Below, piece by piece: positions 29,610 through 40,243 of a DNA stretch of 62,615 bases. Origin of the DNA: Nitrospirota bacterium (GTDB lineage: Bacteria > Nitrospirota > Thermodesulfovibrionia > Thermodesulfovibrionales > SM23-35). Position numbers and translations under genes: made by a program. The notes under the pieces were generated by a model. The model was given only the letters and a program-made list of their open reading frames with translations. It had not been told where the DNA came from and searched no databases. Where the stretch lies: contig JACAFE010000079.1 of NCBI GenBank assembly GCA_013388435.1, positions 1 to 62,615 of the forward strand. Reading direction: 5' to 3'. Each line of letters starts with the position of its first letter. Position 1 is the stretch's first letter.

Positions 29610-31613
29610 TTATTTTTCGGTAAATCTTACAGCCTCGCTATCCCTGCATTCAATTAATATATTTGCTTCTTTTTCGACCAGAGGCCTGAGTTCATAAATC
29701 CCCACCGGCTTTTCCTTGCCTTTTACTATAACTTTTTCGAGCCCTTTTACTTCAACATGTCCGATTCTTTCGTTCTTAAGGGAATCTTTTATTAATTCGA
29801 AAGTATATTCTGTAATAAGTATATTAGCATTATATTTTCTTGTAAGTGCTTCAACTCTGGATGCAAGGTTTACATTATCTCCTATTACTGTATAATCCAT
29901 TTTTCTTCCTTCGGCTCCTATATTTCCTACAAGTACTTCTCCTGAATTAATTCCTATGCCTGCATCAAGCATTGGTTTCCCTTCTGATTTCCATCTTTCT
30001 TGAAGTTCGCGCAATTTATTAAGCATATTCAACGTGCATTTAACAGCGAGTTCCGCATGATTTTTCTGTTTTAATGGAGCTCCCCAGAAAGCCATTATCG
30101 CATCACCCATGAATTTATCAACGGTTCCCTCCCATTTGAATATTATATCTGTCATGGCACCGAGATATTCATTCAATATTGAGACAACCTCTTCAGGAGA
30201 ATGACTCTCCGAAAAAGAAGTAAAACCTCTCACATCAGAAAAAAGAATCGTAACTTCTTTTCTTTCTCCACCGAGTTTTGCCATGCCCGGATTTCTTATC
30301 AATTCTTTGACAACACGTTCTGTTACATAACTCGAAAACATTGCCCTCATTTTACGTGCGTATGTTTCTTCAACCGCATGACTATAAGCTGTTCCTGAAG
30401 CAAACATAAGCAAAGTGGCTATCGAAGGATAAACAACATAAATCCATATCCCTTCATATGAAAAAACAAGATACGCAAGAAACAAAAGGGAAAAAACTAT
30501 AAAAGTTGCTATTACAAAAGATGTAACAGCTTTAAGTCTTCCTACTATAAAAGATACAAGCATCACAGAAGCAAATAGAATGATAAGATTCGTAATTAAA
30601 GAACCTTTTACTAAATATCTGCCTTCAAGTAAGGATGAAATCACATTTGCGTGTTTTTCAACTCCGGGCATTGCAGGAGAAAACGGAGTGACTCTTAGAT
30701 CATAGATACCCATTGCTGTTGCGCCAACAAGGACGATCCTACCCTGCAACTCATTGGCCCCGATTTTTCCTTCAATAATGTCTGAGATCGAATAATGTTT
30801 GAAAGTAAAGGAAGGCCCGTAATAATAAATCAGGCTTCTGCCGTATTTATCAGTAGGAACATATCTTTTCTTGCTTAAATAAATGCCTTTTGTTGCTTCC
30901 ACAACAACTTTTTCATATGGTATCCCGAGATAGATTGAAGCTGTTAATAAGTCAAGTGAAGGGTAAAGATAACCTTTATGTTCTATGAGCATTGTTTCCC
31001 ATCTTAATGTTCCATCGTTTTTATCGGGTATCATATTAATATGACCTATTGCCATTGATTCTTTCATCAGAATAAGCACAGGCGCGAGTACTCCTGTTGA
31101 GCTGAGAGGTGCATATTTATTAAATTTCTCCGGATTCAGAATCGATTTAATGGCTGCATATGTTATATGTTCGTTTTCTCTTGATGTCTGGGTCCTGTCA
31201 AAAGAAAAAACAAGTGGAAGTAATACATTGCCAGCGCCTTTTACAGCCTTTGCGAGTACAGGGTCATTTTTTTCAGATTCTGGCATGAAAATATCGAACA
31301 CAATAAGCTCTGTTTCAGCTTCTGTAAGTTTATTAAGCAAAGATGCTATTTTATCTCTGCCCCATGGCCATCTTCCGAGTTTTTCTATGCTTCTTTCATC
31401 AATTGCAGCTATTACAATATTATCAGGAGCTTTTGTCCTGCCCATCAGGCGGAATCTTACATCATACATTTTATCTTCGAGTATCTCCAGAGGCGTGAAT
31501 TCTATTATCATCAAAGTCGAAAAAATTATGGTGATAAAAAACCCGATTATAAAAATGACCCTGTTTTTCTTAGATCTGTCAAGCTGTATAGCAGGCATAT
31601 AAATAAATCTCAA
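29610..31613 (-). CDS. CHASE2-domain class III adenylate cyclase (start possibly ATG 31598)
   Basis: CHASE2 (IDE.S...GRWPW, DG..R, PGVE.HA), three TM helices, FSDVRGFT, DKFMGDA, YTVIGDNVNLASR, VKGK. Confidence 0.93.
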   Translation of the reverse strand: MRFIYMPAIQLDRSKKNRVIFIIGFFITIIFSTLMIIEFTPLEILEDKMYDVRFRLMGRTKAPDNIVIAAIDERSIEKLGRWPWGRDKIASLLNKLTEAETELIVFDIFMPESEKNDPVLAKAVKGAGNVLLPLVFSFDRTQTSRENEHITYAAIKSILNPEKFNKYAPLSSTGVLAPVLILMKESMAIGHINMIPDKNDGTLRWETMLIEHKGYLYPSLDLLTASIYLGIPYEKVVVEATKGIYLSKKRYVPTDKYGRSLIYYYGPSFTFKHYSISDIIEGKIGANELQGRIVLVGATAMGIYDLRVTPFSPAMPGVEKHANVISSLLEGRYLVKGSLITNLIILFASVMLVSFIVGRLKAVTSFVIATFIVFSLLFLAYLVFSYEGIWIYVVYPSIATLLMFASGTAYSHAVEETYARKMRAMFSSYVTERVVKELIRNPGMAKLGGERKEVTILFSDVRGFTSFSESHSPEEVVSILNEYLGAMTDIIFKWEGTVDKFMGDAIMAFWGAPLKQKNHAELAVKCTLNMLNKLRELQERWKSEGKPMLDAGIGINSGEVLVGNIGAEGRKMDYTVIGDNVNLASRVEALTRKYNANILITEYTFELIKDSLKNERIGHVEVKGLEKVIVKGKEKPVGIYELRPLVEKEANILIECRDSEAVRFTEK

Positions 31614-31649
31614 TTAAAAATATATTCCTATCATAGCATTATTATAAAC

Positions 31650-32750
31650 ATGCTTGCATTTGTTAAAATAAAAATAATGATTAATGTTGAAAAAATATTA
31701 AGCCAGATTAAGCATAATTGCAATATTTCAGATGCCCGTTTCTGGGGCACTTATTCTCTTTGCGGCCTTCTATTGAGATTGCGTGAATTATACCGTATTG
31801 AAAATGGATTATTACCATGGGAAAAACCTTTAACCGAAGATGTTGGCAGATGGATTAATGAAAGGGAAGAATTATGGAGAAAACTCCAGAACTCTGATTT
31901 AACAGATATTAAAATAAATGGAGATAATTTTAATGCATTTGATGAAAGAAAAATCAATAATATTTTGAACCCATCGGGGCTTCTTTATGGAGCAGGTTAT
32001 GGACTATATATGAAGCCCGTATTTTTCATTGCGGAAATAATTTCTCATGAGAAGACCGATGGTTATGATATTTATATTGCTGGCAGGGAATATGCGAGAG
32101 ATCTATCTGATTATCCGGCAATGTTGCAGAATAAAACTATCATTTCAAGATTTGATATGGCAAGACTTCTTATCTGGAATAAGTTTGAGGAAATGAGATG
32201 CAAGAATATTCCATGCAGGCTATCTTATGCTTTTGGTCAATATGGATTAAATAGAGAGCAGGATATTACAAAAGAAACATATGAAAATATTAATCAAATT
32301 GCCCTATCAGAAGCAAAGGGGTATATTTATCATGAACTCGGTGAAGCATACGAAGGTAAAATCTTAGGAGAGGAATGGAAACAATTCCTTTTAAGTCTGC
32401 CTCATAGCAGTGCCGAAGTTTTTGTCCGCTCTGTAAAAGATGTGCTTTCTGATACTTCTGAAAAAGGAATGTTAAAACATATAATTGAAAATGAAAAATC
32501 AGGCTCGCTCGGTTTTTATAATGTCTTTTTAAGCGGATTCAGGAAGATTATATTCCCTGAAATGGCAGAAGCATTTGAAAAATTCAGGGAAAATAAGAAT
32601 TGGGACATTATAGAAAAAGCAAGGAAAACAGGTTATGAAAAAACTTCTATGTACTCCCGTAAATTGCTTGATATATACCACAACCATAAGTCTGATATAA
32701 ACATTCTTTGCAAACTCATTGAACAGGAAATAAACTCTTTTCAGAAATAA
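31650..32750 (+). CDS. Conserved hypothetical protein resembling the Sfum_1244 family (start possibly ATG 31677)
   Basis: HNCNISDA..G.YSLCGLLLRLR, YGAGY..KP.FF, EYARDL..PAM, HELGE; family recalled from memory, not searched. Confidence 0.65.
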   Translation: MLAFVKIKIMINVEKILSQIKHNCNISDARFWGTYSLCGLLLRLRELYRIENGLLPWEKPLTEDVGRWINEREELWRKLQNSDLTDIKINGDNFNAFDERKINNILNPSGLLYGAGYGLYMKPVFFIAEIISHEKTDGYDIYIAGREYARDLSDYPAMLQNKTIISRFDMARLLIWNKFEEMRCKNIPCRLSYAFGQYGLNREQDITKETYENINQIALSEAKGYIYHELGEAYEGKILGEEWKQFLLSLPHSSAEVFVRSVKDVLSDTSEKGMLKHIIENEKSGSLGFYNVFLSGFRKIIFPEMAEAFEKFRENKNWDIIEKARKTGYEKTSMYSRKLLDIYHNHKSDINILCKLIEQEINSFQK

Positions 32751-32809
32751 ATATTTATTGTGGGGCAGACAAATATATCTTTTCAGAAACCTTTGATATA
32801 ATATTGAAC

Positions 32810-34090
32810 ATGAGAATTATAAAAAATAAAAAAAGCCTTAGTGAATTTCTTCAAATTCTGAGAAAACGTTCAACAGGAGCAAGCTCTGAGATTGAACAAA
32901 GTGTCAGGGAGATAATTGAAGATATTCGGATTAATGGCGACGCTGCTGTTCAGAAATACACACAAAGATTTGACTCTCTTCAAAGAAAGAATTTTAGGCT
33001 CACTTTATATGAAATTGCAAAAGCTGCTTCGATGGTTGATAAGAAGACTATCAGAGCTCTAAAAATCTCAGCAAAAAGAATCAGAAAATTTCATAAAAAT
33101 CAAATAGAACGTTCATGGTCCTTTTCTGAAAAAGGCACTGTTCTCGGTCAAATTATCAGGCCACTTGAAAGGGTTGGAGTTTATGTGCCTGGTGGAAAAG
33201 CCTCATATCCTTCAACTGTTCTGATGAATGTTATACCTGCACAGGTAGCTGGAGTTAAAGAAATAGCTGTTTGTGTCCCGACTCCTAATGGACAGATAAA
33301 TGAAAATGTTATGGCTGCATTGAATTTGCTCGGGATAAAAGAAGTTTATTGTATTGGTGGTGCACAGGCAATTGCTGCGCTTGCATATGGTACGAATACG
33401 ATTAAAAAAGTTGACAAAATTGTGGGCCCCGGCAATATATTTGTTGCAACAGCAAAAAGAATGGTCTTTGGAATTGTTGATATTGATATGATTGCAGGCC
33501 CAAGTGAAATATTAATAATTGCTGATGATTCTGCAAATCCTTCTTTTGTAGCAGCAGATTTATTATCACAGGCTGAGCATGATGAATTTGCCTCTTCAAT
33601 ACTCATAACAGTATCAGAAAAATTAGCGGAAGATGTGGTCAAAGAGCTAAACAAACAACTTGATTTACTCAAAAGAAAAGACATCGCAAATAAATCATTA
33701 GAAAATTATGGTTCTATTATTATTACCAAAGACATAAAAGAAGCTGTTGAAATATCAAATCAAATAGCTCCAGAGCATCTTGAAATTATGACTGAAAGAC
33801 CAACAAAAGTTTTATCATTAATAGAAAATGCAGGTGCAATATTTCTCGGCAAATGGACTCCAGAAGCTCTGGGAGACTATGCAGCAGGTCCAAATCACAC
33901 ACTTCCGACAGGTGGAACAGCAAGGTTCTCATCTCCTCTCGGAGTTTATGATTTTATCAAGCGATCGAGTCTCTTATATTTTACAGAGAAAGGTTTTAAA
34001 TCTCTTTCAAATACAGTTACAACAATTGCAGAAGCAGAAGGATTAGAAGCTCACGCAAAAACAATAAGCATCAGGAAAACATATTTTTAA
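32810..34090 (+). CDS. hisD: Histidinol dehydrogenase
   Basis: GVYVPGG, GGAQA, GPGN, IDMIAGPSE, SQAEHD, APEHL, GPNHTLPT. Confidence 0.98.
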   Translation: MRIIKNKKSLSEFLQILRKRSTGASSEIEQSVREIIEDIRINGDAAVQKYTQRFDSLQRKNFRLTLYEIAKAASMVDKKTIRALKISAKRIRKFHKNQIERSWSFSEKGTVLGQIIRPLERVGVYVPGGKASYPSTVLMNVIPAQVAGVKEIAVCVPTPNGQINENVMAALNLLGIKEVYCIGGAQAIAALAYGTNTIKKVDKIVGPGNIFVATAKRMVFGIVDIDMIAGPSEILIIADDSANPSFVAADLLSQAEHDEFASSILITVSEKLAEDVVKELNKQLDLLKRKDIANKSLENYGSIIITKDIKEAVEISNQIAPEHLEIMTERPTKVLSLIENAGAIFLGKWTPEALGDYAAGPNHTLPTGGTARFSSPLGVYDFIKRSSLLYFTEKGFKSLSNTVTTIAEAEGLEAHAKTISIRKTYF

Positions 34091-34358
34091 GTTTTGTCCA
34101 CTAATTTTTCTGAATTGTATTTGTGATAAATATTATACATATTTTATCTCTGAGTCTTGCGCTAAGTCTTCAGCCCTTTTTCAATTTCATAACATCTGCA
34201 TTATTTAAAGTGCATTTTCAGGATTAAGATAACCTGTCATAAACTCAGTAATAACATATTGTATTTTTTAATATAGTAGATTTTAATACTGTGGATATGG
34301 TCAAATATAAAAATTAGTTTAAAATACTTATAATAAAAATAAATTCTGGAGGTTTTTG

Positions 34359-35660
34359 ATGCATATAGGAGTAATTGGTACTGGTTATGTAGGGCTTGTT
34401 ACAGGAGCATGTTTTGCAGAATTCGGTCTTTTTGTGACATGTGTTGATAAGGATGAAAAGAAGATTAAGTTACTTAAGAAAGGAATAATCCCTTTTTATG
34501 AGCCTGGTCTGGATGAACTTGTAAAGAGAAATATAGCGCAGGACAGGCTGAATTTTACAACAAAAATAGGTAAGGCGGTTGAGAATTCACTCGTTATTTT
34601 TATTGCTGTAGGTACTCCGAGAAGAGGTGATGGTTCTGCTGACATGAAATACGTCGAGGAGGTTGCAAAAGAAATTGCAATAAATATGAATGACTACAAA
34701 GTTATAGTAACAAAAAGCACTGTTCCAGTTGGAACAGGTGAAAAAATAAAAGAGATTATATCCAGCAATCTGAAGAAAAAGATTGACTTTGATATTGTTT
34801 CAAATCCCGAATTTTTAAGGGAGGGTTCTGCGATTGAAGATTTTATGAGGCCAAATAGAGTTGTGATTGGAGCAGACAGCGATCATGCAATCGCGATAAT
34901 GAAAGATCTTTATAAACCACTTTATCTTATTGAAACTCCTTTTGTAATTACAAATATAGAAACAGCAGAATTGATAAAATACGCATCAAATTCATTCCTT
35001 GCAACAAAGATTTCTTTCATAAATGAACTTTCTGCTCTCTGCGAAAAGGTTGGAGCAGATATTCATATGGTTGCAAAAGGAATGGGACTTGATCAGAGGA
35101 TAGGACAGAAATTCCTGCACCCTGGTCCTGGATTCGGAGGCTCGTGCCTTCCAAAAGATACAAGTGCTCTTCTGAAAATAGCTGAAGACAATAATGTTAC
35201 TCTCGGTATTGTTGATGCAGCAGTAAAAGCAAATGAGAGACAAAAGAATTTAATGGTGCAAAGAATTAATGATACTCTCGGGAACTTAAAAGGAAAAAAC
35301 ATAGCAGTGCTTGGAATATCTTTTAAACCAAACACTGATGATGTGCGTGATGCACCTTCGCTCTTTATTATTGAGAAGCTTATATCAAAAGGAGCCAAAA
35401 TAAAAGCTTATGACCCTGCGGTAAAGCATCTTAATACCGATTTAATGAAGAATATAAAGTTCTGTGATGACCCTTATACTACATTGAAGGGCGCAGATGC
35501 GATCATTATTCTTACTGAATGGAATCAGTTCAGAAATCTTGATCTTGAAAAAGTTAAAAGTCTTATGAGGGAATTAAACTTCTTTGATATGAGAAACATC
35601 TATGACCCTCAAAAAATAAGGGCAATGGGATTTAAATATTATTCTGTTGGAAGACCTTAA
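34359..35660 (+). CDS. ugd: UDP-glucose/GDP-mannose 6-dehydrogenase
   Basis: GTGYVG, AVGTP, KSTVPVG, NPEFLREG, GFGGSCLPKD, FKPNTDD. Confidence 0.95.
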   Translation: MHIGVIGTGYVGLVTGACFAEFGLFVTCVDKDEKKIKLLKKGIIPFYEPGLDELVKRNIAQDRLNFTTKIGKAVENSLVIFIAVGTPRRGDGSADMKYVEEVAKEIAINMNDYKVIVTKSTVPVGTGEKIKEIISSNLKKKIDFDIVSNPEFLREGSAIEDFMRPNRVVIGADSDHAIAIMKDLYKPLYLIETPFVITNIETAELIKYASNSFLATKISFINELSALCEKVGADIHMVAKGMGLDQRIGQKFLHPGPGFGGSCLPKDTSALLKIAEDNNVTLGIVDAAVKANERQKNLMVQRINDTLGNLKGKNIAVLGISFKPNTDDVRDAPSLFIIEKLISKGAKIKAYDPAVKHLNTDLMKNIKFCDDPYTTLKGADAIIILTEWNQFRNLDLEKVKSLMRELNFFDMRNIYDPQKIRAMGFKYYSVGRP

Positions 35661-35676
35661 AACATAAGAATAAAAA

Positions 35677-36120
35677 ATGAAGATAATATGTCAGAACAGG
35701 AAAGCATACCATGACTATCATATTGAAGATACCATTGAAGCGGGACTTCTCCTTCTCGGCACAGAAGTTAAATCCCTCAGAGAAGGTAGAGCAAATCTTA
35801 AAGACAGCTATGTAATCATTAAAGGTGGAGAAGCATTCCTTCTGAACTGTCACATAAGTCCCTATAGTCATGGAAATATAATGAACCATGACCCTTTACG
35901 CACAAGAAAATTGCTTTTACATAAAAAACAGATTAATTATTTAGCTGGAAAAGTCAATGTTAAGGGTTATACCCTGATTCCTTTGAAACTGTATTTCAAG
36001 AATTCTTTTGCAAAACTCGAGATAGGACTTGCAAAAGGAAAAAGACTATATGAAAAAAGGGAATCAATGAAAGAGAGAGAAGTTAGAAGAGAGATTGAAA
36101 AAGCTATTAAGAATAAGTGA
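35677..36120 (+). CDS. smpB: SsrA-binding protein
   Basis: NRKA, GTEVKSLR, RKLLLHK, KGKRLYEKR. Confidence 0.99.
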   Translation: MKIICQNRKAYHDYHIEDTIEAGLLLLGTEVKSLREGRANLKDSYVIIKGGEAFLLNCHISPYSHGNIMNHDPLRTRKLLLHKKQINYLAGKVNVKGYTLIPLKLYFKNSFAKLEIGLAKGKRLYEKRESMKEREVRREIEKAIKNK

Positions 36121-36180
36121 TAATATAAATATACAAGATCTAATAAATCTCCGTTACCTGTTTGCGAATTAATAAAAACA

Positions 36181-36531
36181 GGGGGCGAAAGGGCTCGACG
36201 GGGGTTACGAGGATCAGGTTGCATGTCGTGGCTCCGTAACCACGTAAAAATGCGGAAAACAAACACAAACGCCAATAACGAACTGGCACTCGCTGCTTAA
36301 TTAAGTAAGCAGCCGCTGCCCTGAAATTGTCTGTGTTTCAGGAGTCAGTGTCATTAAGCAGACTGGCTCAGGAGAATTTCTCCTGACTCTTGAGCAAGAC
36401 AAAAGGAGATTGGATTTCAAAAAGCCTTCCTGATGGCATTTTGAAATCTGAAACATAATAATCAGGATAAACATGTAGATGCCTGAGAGTAGTGCTTTCG
36501 GACGCGGGTTCAATTCCCGCCGCCTCCACCA
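36181..36531 (+). ncRNA. ssrA: tmRNA; tag peptide ANNELALAA* at 36271-36300
   Basis: 5' GGGGGCG acceptor stem pairs with CGCCTCC-ACCA with a G3.U wobble; T-arm GCGGGTTCAATTCCCGC; resume ORF ends in ALAA-stop; directly follows smpB. Confidence 0.97.
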
Positions 36532-36880
36532 TATAATCAATCTTAATAAAATCAAATGGTTGCGCCAGGTTATTTTATTTTTCAGGTTATTTTATTTTTA
36601 TTGTTATGAAAGAGGCAGGTATTTATTTTTGTATTTTAAAATATCATTCTGGTTATCATAAAATTATTGCGAAAAATCTTTATTCTGCTTACAAATAGAA
36701 AATCAAGATTCAAGTCCTGTTCTCTTTGTTACCCGGGTTGTTTTAATCATGAGCATAATTGAGAAATTTATTTATATATTTAAAAATTTGTTTTTCTATA
36801 CCTTGAGTACATTCAGATATGCTCTGCCATAAATATTATTATGAATACTAAATTTTTCCACGATATCCGTATTATTCGGG

Positions 36881-38224
36881 TTAAGGTATTTGTATATTGA
36901 ATCCTTTTATTTTGCGATGAAGATTGCTTCTTTCTACTTCAAGAACTTCTGCGGTCTTTGATATATTCCAGCTATTTTCCTCAAGTTTTCTAATAATAAA
37001 ATCTTTCTCAAAAGCTTCTTTTGCTTCTTTTAAAGTATTAAAAGAGAAATAATCCAGATGTATGTTTTCTTTCAAGAAAATATTTTTGGGCATAATGATT
37101 TCAGAAGGTGTCATAATTACAAGTCTTTCGATTACATTTCTCAATTCTCTGACATTACCCGGCCAGTCATATGTAGAGAGTAATTCTAACCCCTCATTTG
37201 TGATTTTCTTTGGCTTTTTACCGTATTCATCAGCAAAAAACTGAAGGAAATGTTCAACAAGTTCTGGAATATCTTCTTTCCTTTCCCTTAGCGGAGGCAC
37301 ATGAATAGGTATTACATTTAGTCTGAACAATAGGTCTTCTCTGAAAGTGCCCTTTTTTACTTCTTCAAAAAGATCTTTATTTGTGGCAGCTATAATCCTG
37401 ACGTCAACCTTGATATTTTTACTTCCACCAACTCTCTGGAATTCCTGTGTTTCGATAATACGCAGTACTTTTGACTGAGTTGATAGCGACATATCTCCAA
37501 CTTCGTCAAGAAATAATGTTCCTTCATCAGCAAGCTCAAATTTCCCTTTTTTACGTTCGAATGCTCCGGTAAAAGAACCTTTCTCATGACCGAATAATTC
37601 ACTTTCTATAAGTTCCTGAGGAATTGCAGCGCAATTCATTTCAATAAATGGCTTATCCACTCTCGGGCTGTTTTCATGCAGAAGATGTGCAACAAGCTCC
37701 TTTCCCGAACCGCTTTCTCCGAGTATTAATACTCTGCTGTTGCTTTTAGCTGCCATATCAATTTGCTCTTTTAAATTCTGGATTTTTTTAGAACTTCCGA
37801 CAAGTTTCCATTTTTTTGTAATGTCCTCTTTTAAAGCCCTGTTTTCAAGCTCTAATATTCTTTTTTCGAGAGCCAGTTTTGTTACCAGAAGAACTCTTTC
37901 GAGTGAAAGAGGTTTTTCGAGAAAATCATAGGCGCCCGAGCGTGTTGCTTTTACGGCGAGTTCAATGTTTGCATGCCCAGATATCATTACAACAGGCATG
38001 GTTGGATTCAGGGATTTTAGTTCTTTCATGGTTTCTATGCCATCAATCCCGGAGAGCCATACGTCAAGAAAAACAATATCAGGCGAATTTTCCTTCAAAA
38101 GTTTAATGGCTTCTTCTCCTGATGACGCTGTAATTACATCATAGCCTTCATCTTTGAATATATCCGAGAGTGTTTCCCTGATCCCTTCCTCATCATCTAC
38201 TATCAGTACAAGCTTATCTGTCAT
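36881..38224 (-). CDS. ntrX: Sigma54-interacting response regulator, NtrX-like
   Basis: REC (VDDE, LDVW, ISGH, KP), AAA+ (GESGSGKE, GSFTGA, LFLDE, WPGNVREL), Fis-type HTH. Confidence 0.88.
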   Translation of the reverse strand: MTDKLVLIVDDEEGIRETLSDIFKDEGYDVITASSGEEAIKLLKENSPDIVFLDVWLSGIDGIETMKELKSLNPTMPVVMISGHANIELAVKATRSGAYDFLEKPLSLERVLLVTKLALEKRILELENRALKEDITKKWKLVGSSKKIQNLKEQIDMAAKSNSRVLILGESGSGKELVAHLLHENSPRVDKPFIEMNCAAIPQELIESELFGHEKGSFTGAFERKKGKFELADEGTLFLDEVGDMSLSTQSKVLRIIETQEFQRVGGSKNIKVDVRIIAATNKDLFEEVKKGTFREDLLFRLNVIPIHVPPLRERKEDIPELVEHFLQFFADEYGKKPKKITNEGLELLSTYDWPGNVRELRNVIERLVIMTPSEIIMPKNIFLKENIHLDYFSFNTLKEAKEAFEKDFIIRKLEENSWNISKTAEVLEVERSNLHRKIKGFNIQIP

Positions 38225-40243
38225 CTATATCTCCTTTATTGGAATCTCTATTCTAAAAACTGAACCTTTTGGTATATTCTCTCTCACAGTTATTTTCCCG
38301 CCGTGTTCTTTAATAATTCTGTTTGCTATTGCAAGACCGAGCCCTGTGCCGCCTTTTCTTGTTGAAAAATTAGGTTGAAAAAGTCTTCCCATATCAGTTG
38401 TTTGAATTCCTGTTCCTGTATCTGCAATTTCAACAGAAAGATTATTCAATTCTGAATTGAAATCAATAACAACATCAATAACTCCGCTACCAGACATTGC
38501 CTGTATTGCGTTATCAAATATATTAATAAGAACCCTCTTGAATTGTTCTGTGTCAAGTTCAATAGGGGGAATATTATCAGGGATCGAAACATTTATCTTG
38601 ATATTCTTATAGCCATAGTACAGATGAATTACTTCGTCAATAATATTATATAGGATAACTTCCTTCTTTTTTATTTCCGGCATTTTCCCGTATTTTGAAA
38701 AATCGTCAACAAGTTTTTTTAAACTGTCAACCTGTTTGATAATTGTCTGGATAGATTGGGGGAAAGTTTTTTCAAAATCTTTATCTTTGTTAATCCATTT
38801 TTTCATCATACGTTCAGTTGCAAGTTTTATAGGCGTTAAAGGATTTTTGATTTCGTGAGCTATTTTTTTTGCAGCATCCTGCCATGTTAGAGCTTTTTGA
38901 GCTTCTATAGCTTCTGTAATATCATCAAATACAACAAGCATTCCGATATATTTTTCATTGTCTTTAAGACTTGTTATGAAAATGTTAAGAGATAGTTTTT
39001 TATCTCCAATCATTGTGCTAACCTGTTTTTTAACAGGCCTGAACTGTCTTCCCTCTATGCTTTTAACTATTTCTTTTATCTCCTGTGAATCAATTTTTGA
39101 TAAGAGTTCATTGTAATTTTTATTTATAACTTCATCATGTCTCAATCCGAGAATCATGCATGCTGCTCCATTTATCATGGAAATTTCCCCTTTAATATCA
39201 AGCATAATAACGCCGGAATTTATGTTATCAAGTATATTTTTAAGGTACAGGTACGCTGACTGAATGGATTCTTTGCCTGCCTTTAAATTTTTTACCATTT
39301 CATTAAAAGAATTTATGAGAATGCCCATTTCATCTTCTTTTTCTAAATTGATGTGTACATCGAGATTCCCGGAAGATACCTGCTGATTGGCAAAAACGAG
39401 CATCTGTATCGGATCGGTTATATTTCTTGAGATCCTTAAAGCAACCCAGAGCGCAAAGAATACAACTATTGTAGTGATAAAACCGAGTATCAGAAGATAA
39501 TTCGCTTTTACAGGAACTTTTAAGGATTCTAAAGTAAGGTAATTTTCATAAGCATCATTGATTTTCTCTGCGTTCTTTGTAATTTTTGAAGGCATATAAG
39601 TCTCTACAACCACTACTTTTACAACCCTGCCATTTTTATACTCTGGCACAGCAGCCCTTATAAGGTCTCTATTATCTCCTGAAACAACTTCAGCTCCTTC
39701 TTTGCCCTCGAATGCAGCTTTAATAGTTTCGGTTGCTTCTTCGGGAAGATGGTAAATATATTTTACTGTGTAGTTTTTCTGGAAATTTTTTTCATTATAT
39801 ATCTGTTCTCTGGCAAAAATAAGAGCATTTTGTTTTTCATTTTCATAGACTGTTTTTGCGATTTCAACCGAGCTTTCAATCGGAATCTTGATTTGAGGAA
39901 TAAACCAGCGATCTATATAATTTGTGATTAAACCGCTTGCTATAAAAAACAAAAGAGCAGAAGGAATCAAGGTTATAATTACAAATATTGTAACAAGTCT
40001 TGTTTTGAATTTATAACCCGGAACCTGATGTTTTCTCTCAAAAAAAAGTTTCACGAGACTTTTTGCTATGAAAAAAATCAGGACAAGTAGTGCTACAAAA
40101 GTGAGGTTAAAAAGAAGCAGAAGTATAATCTGTGTTGGGAAAGGGATTATTTCATGCCTGACATAGTGGATTTCCAGGGCAAATGATATGATTATAAAAA
40201 TCGCAGACAGAAAAAGAAAAATCTTAAATCTTAACTCTTTCAT
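38225..40243 (-). CDS. ntrY: NtrY-like sensor histidine kinase (TM, HAMP, PAS, HisKA, HATPase)
   Basis: AHEIKNPLTPI H-box, NIFDNA, DTGTG, FSTR, GTGLGL. Confidence 0.88.
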   Translation of the reverse strand: MKELRFKIFLFLSAIFIIISFALEIHYVRHEIIPFPTQIILLLLFNLTFVALLVLIFFIAKSLVKLFFERKHQVPGYKFKTRLVTIFVIITLIPSALLFFIASGLITNYIDRWFIPQIKIPIESSVEIAKTVYENEKQNALIFAREQIYNEKNFQKNYTVKYIYHLPEEATETIKAAFEGKEGAEVVSGDNRDLIRAAVPEYKNGRVVKVVVVETYMPSKITKNAEKINDAYENYLTLESLKVPVKANYLLILGFITTIVVFFALWVALRISRNITDPIQMLVFANQQVSSGNLDVHINLEKEDEMGILINSFNEMVKNLKAGKESIQSAYLYLKNILDNINSGVIMLDIKGEISMINGAACMILGLRHDEVINKNYNELLSKIDSQEIKEIVKSIEGRQFRPVKKQVSTMIGDKKLSLNIFITSLKDNEKYIGMLVVFDDITEAIEAQKALTWQDAAKKIAHEIKNPLTPIKLATERMMKKWINKDKDFEKTFPQSIQTIIKQVDSLKKLVDDFSKYGKMPEIKKKEVILYNIIDEVIHLYYGYKNIKINVSIPDNIPPIELDTEQFKRVLINIFDNAIQAMSGSGVIDVVIDFNSELNNLSVEIADTGTGIQTTDMGRLFQPNFSTRKGGTGLGLAIANRIIKEHGGKITVRENIPKGSVFRIEIPIKEI

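Noticed and set aside
35967-36661. Short ORFs 35967-36275, 36301-36555 and 36479-36661
   Set aside because: They overlap smpB and the tmRNA gene and are spurious translations
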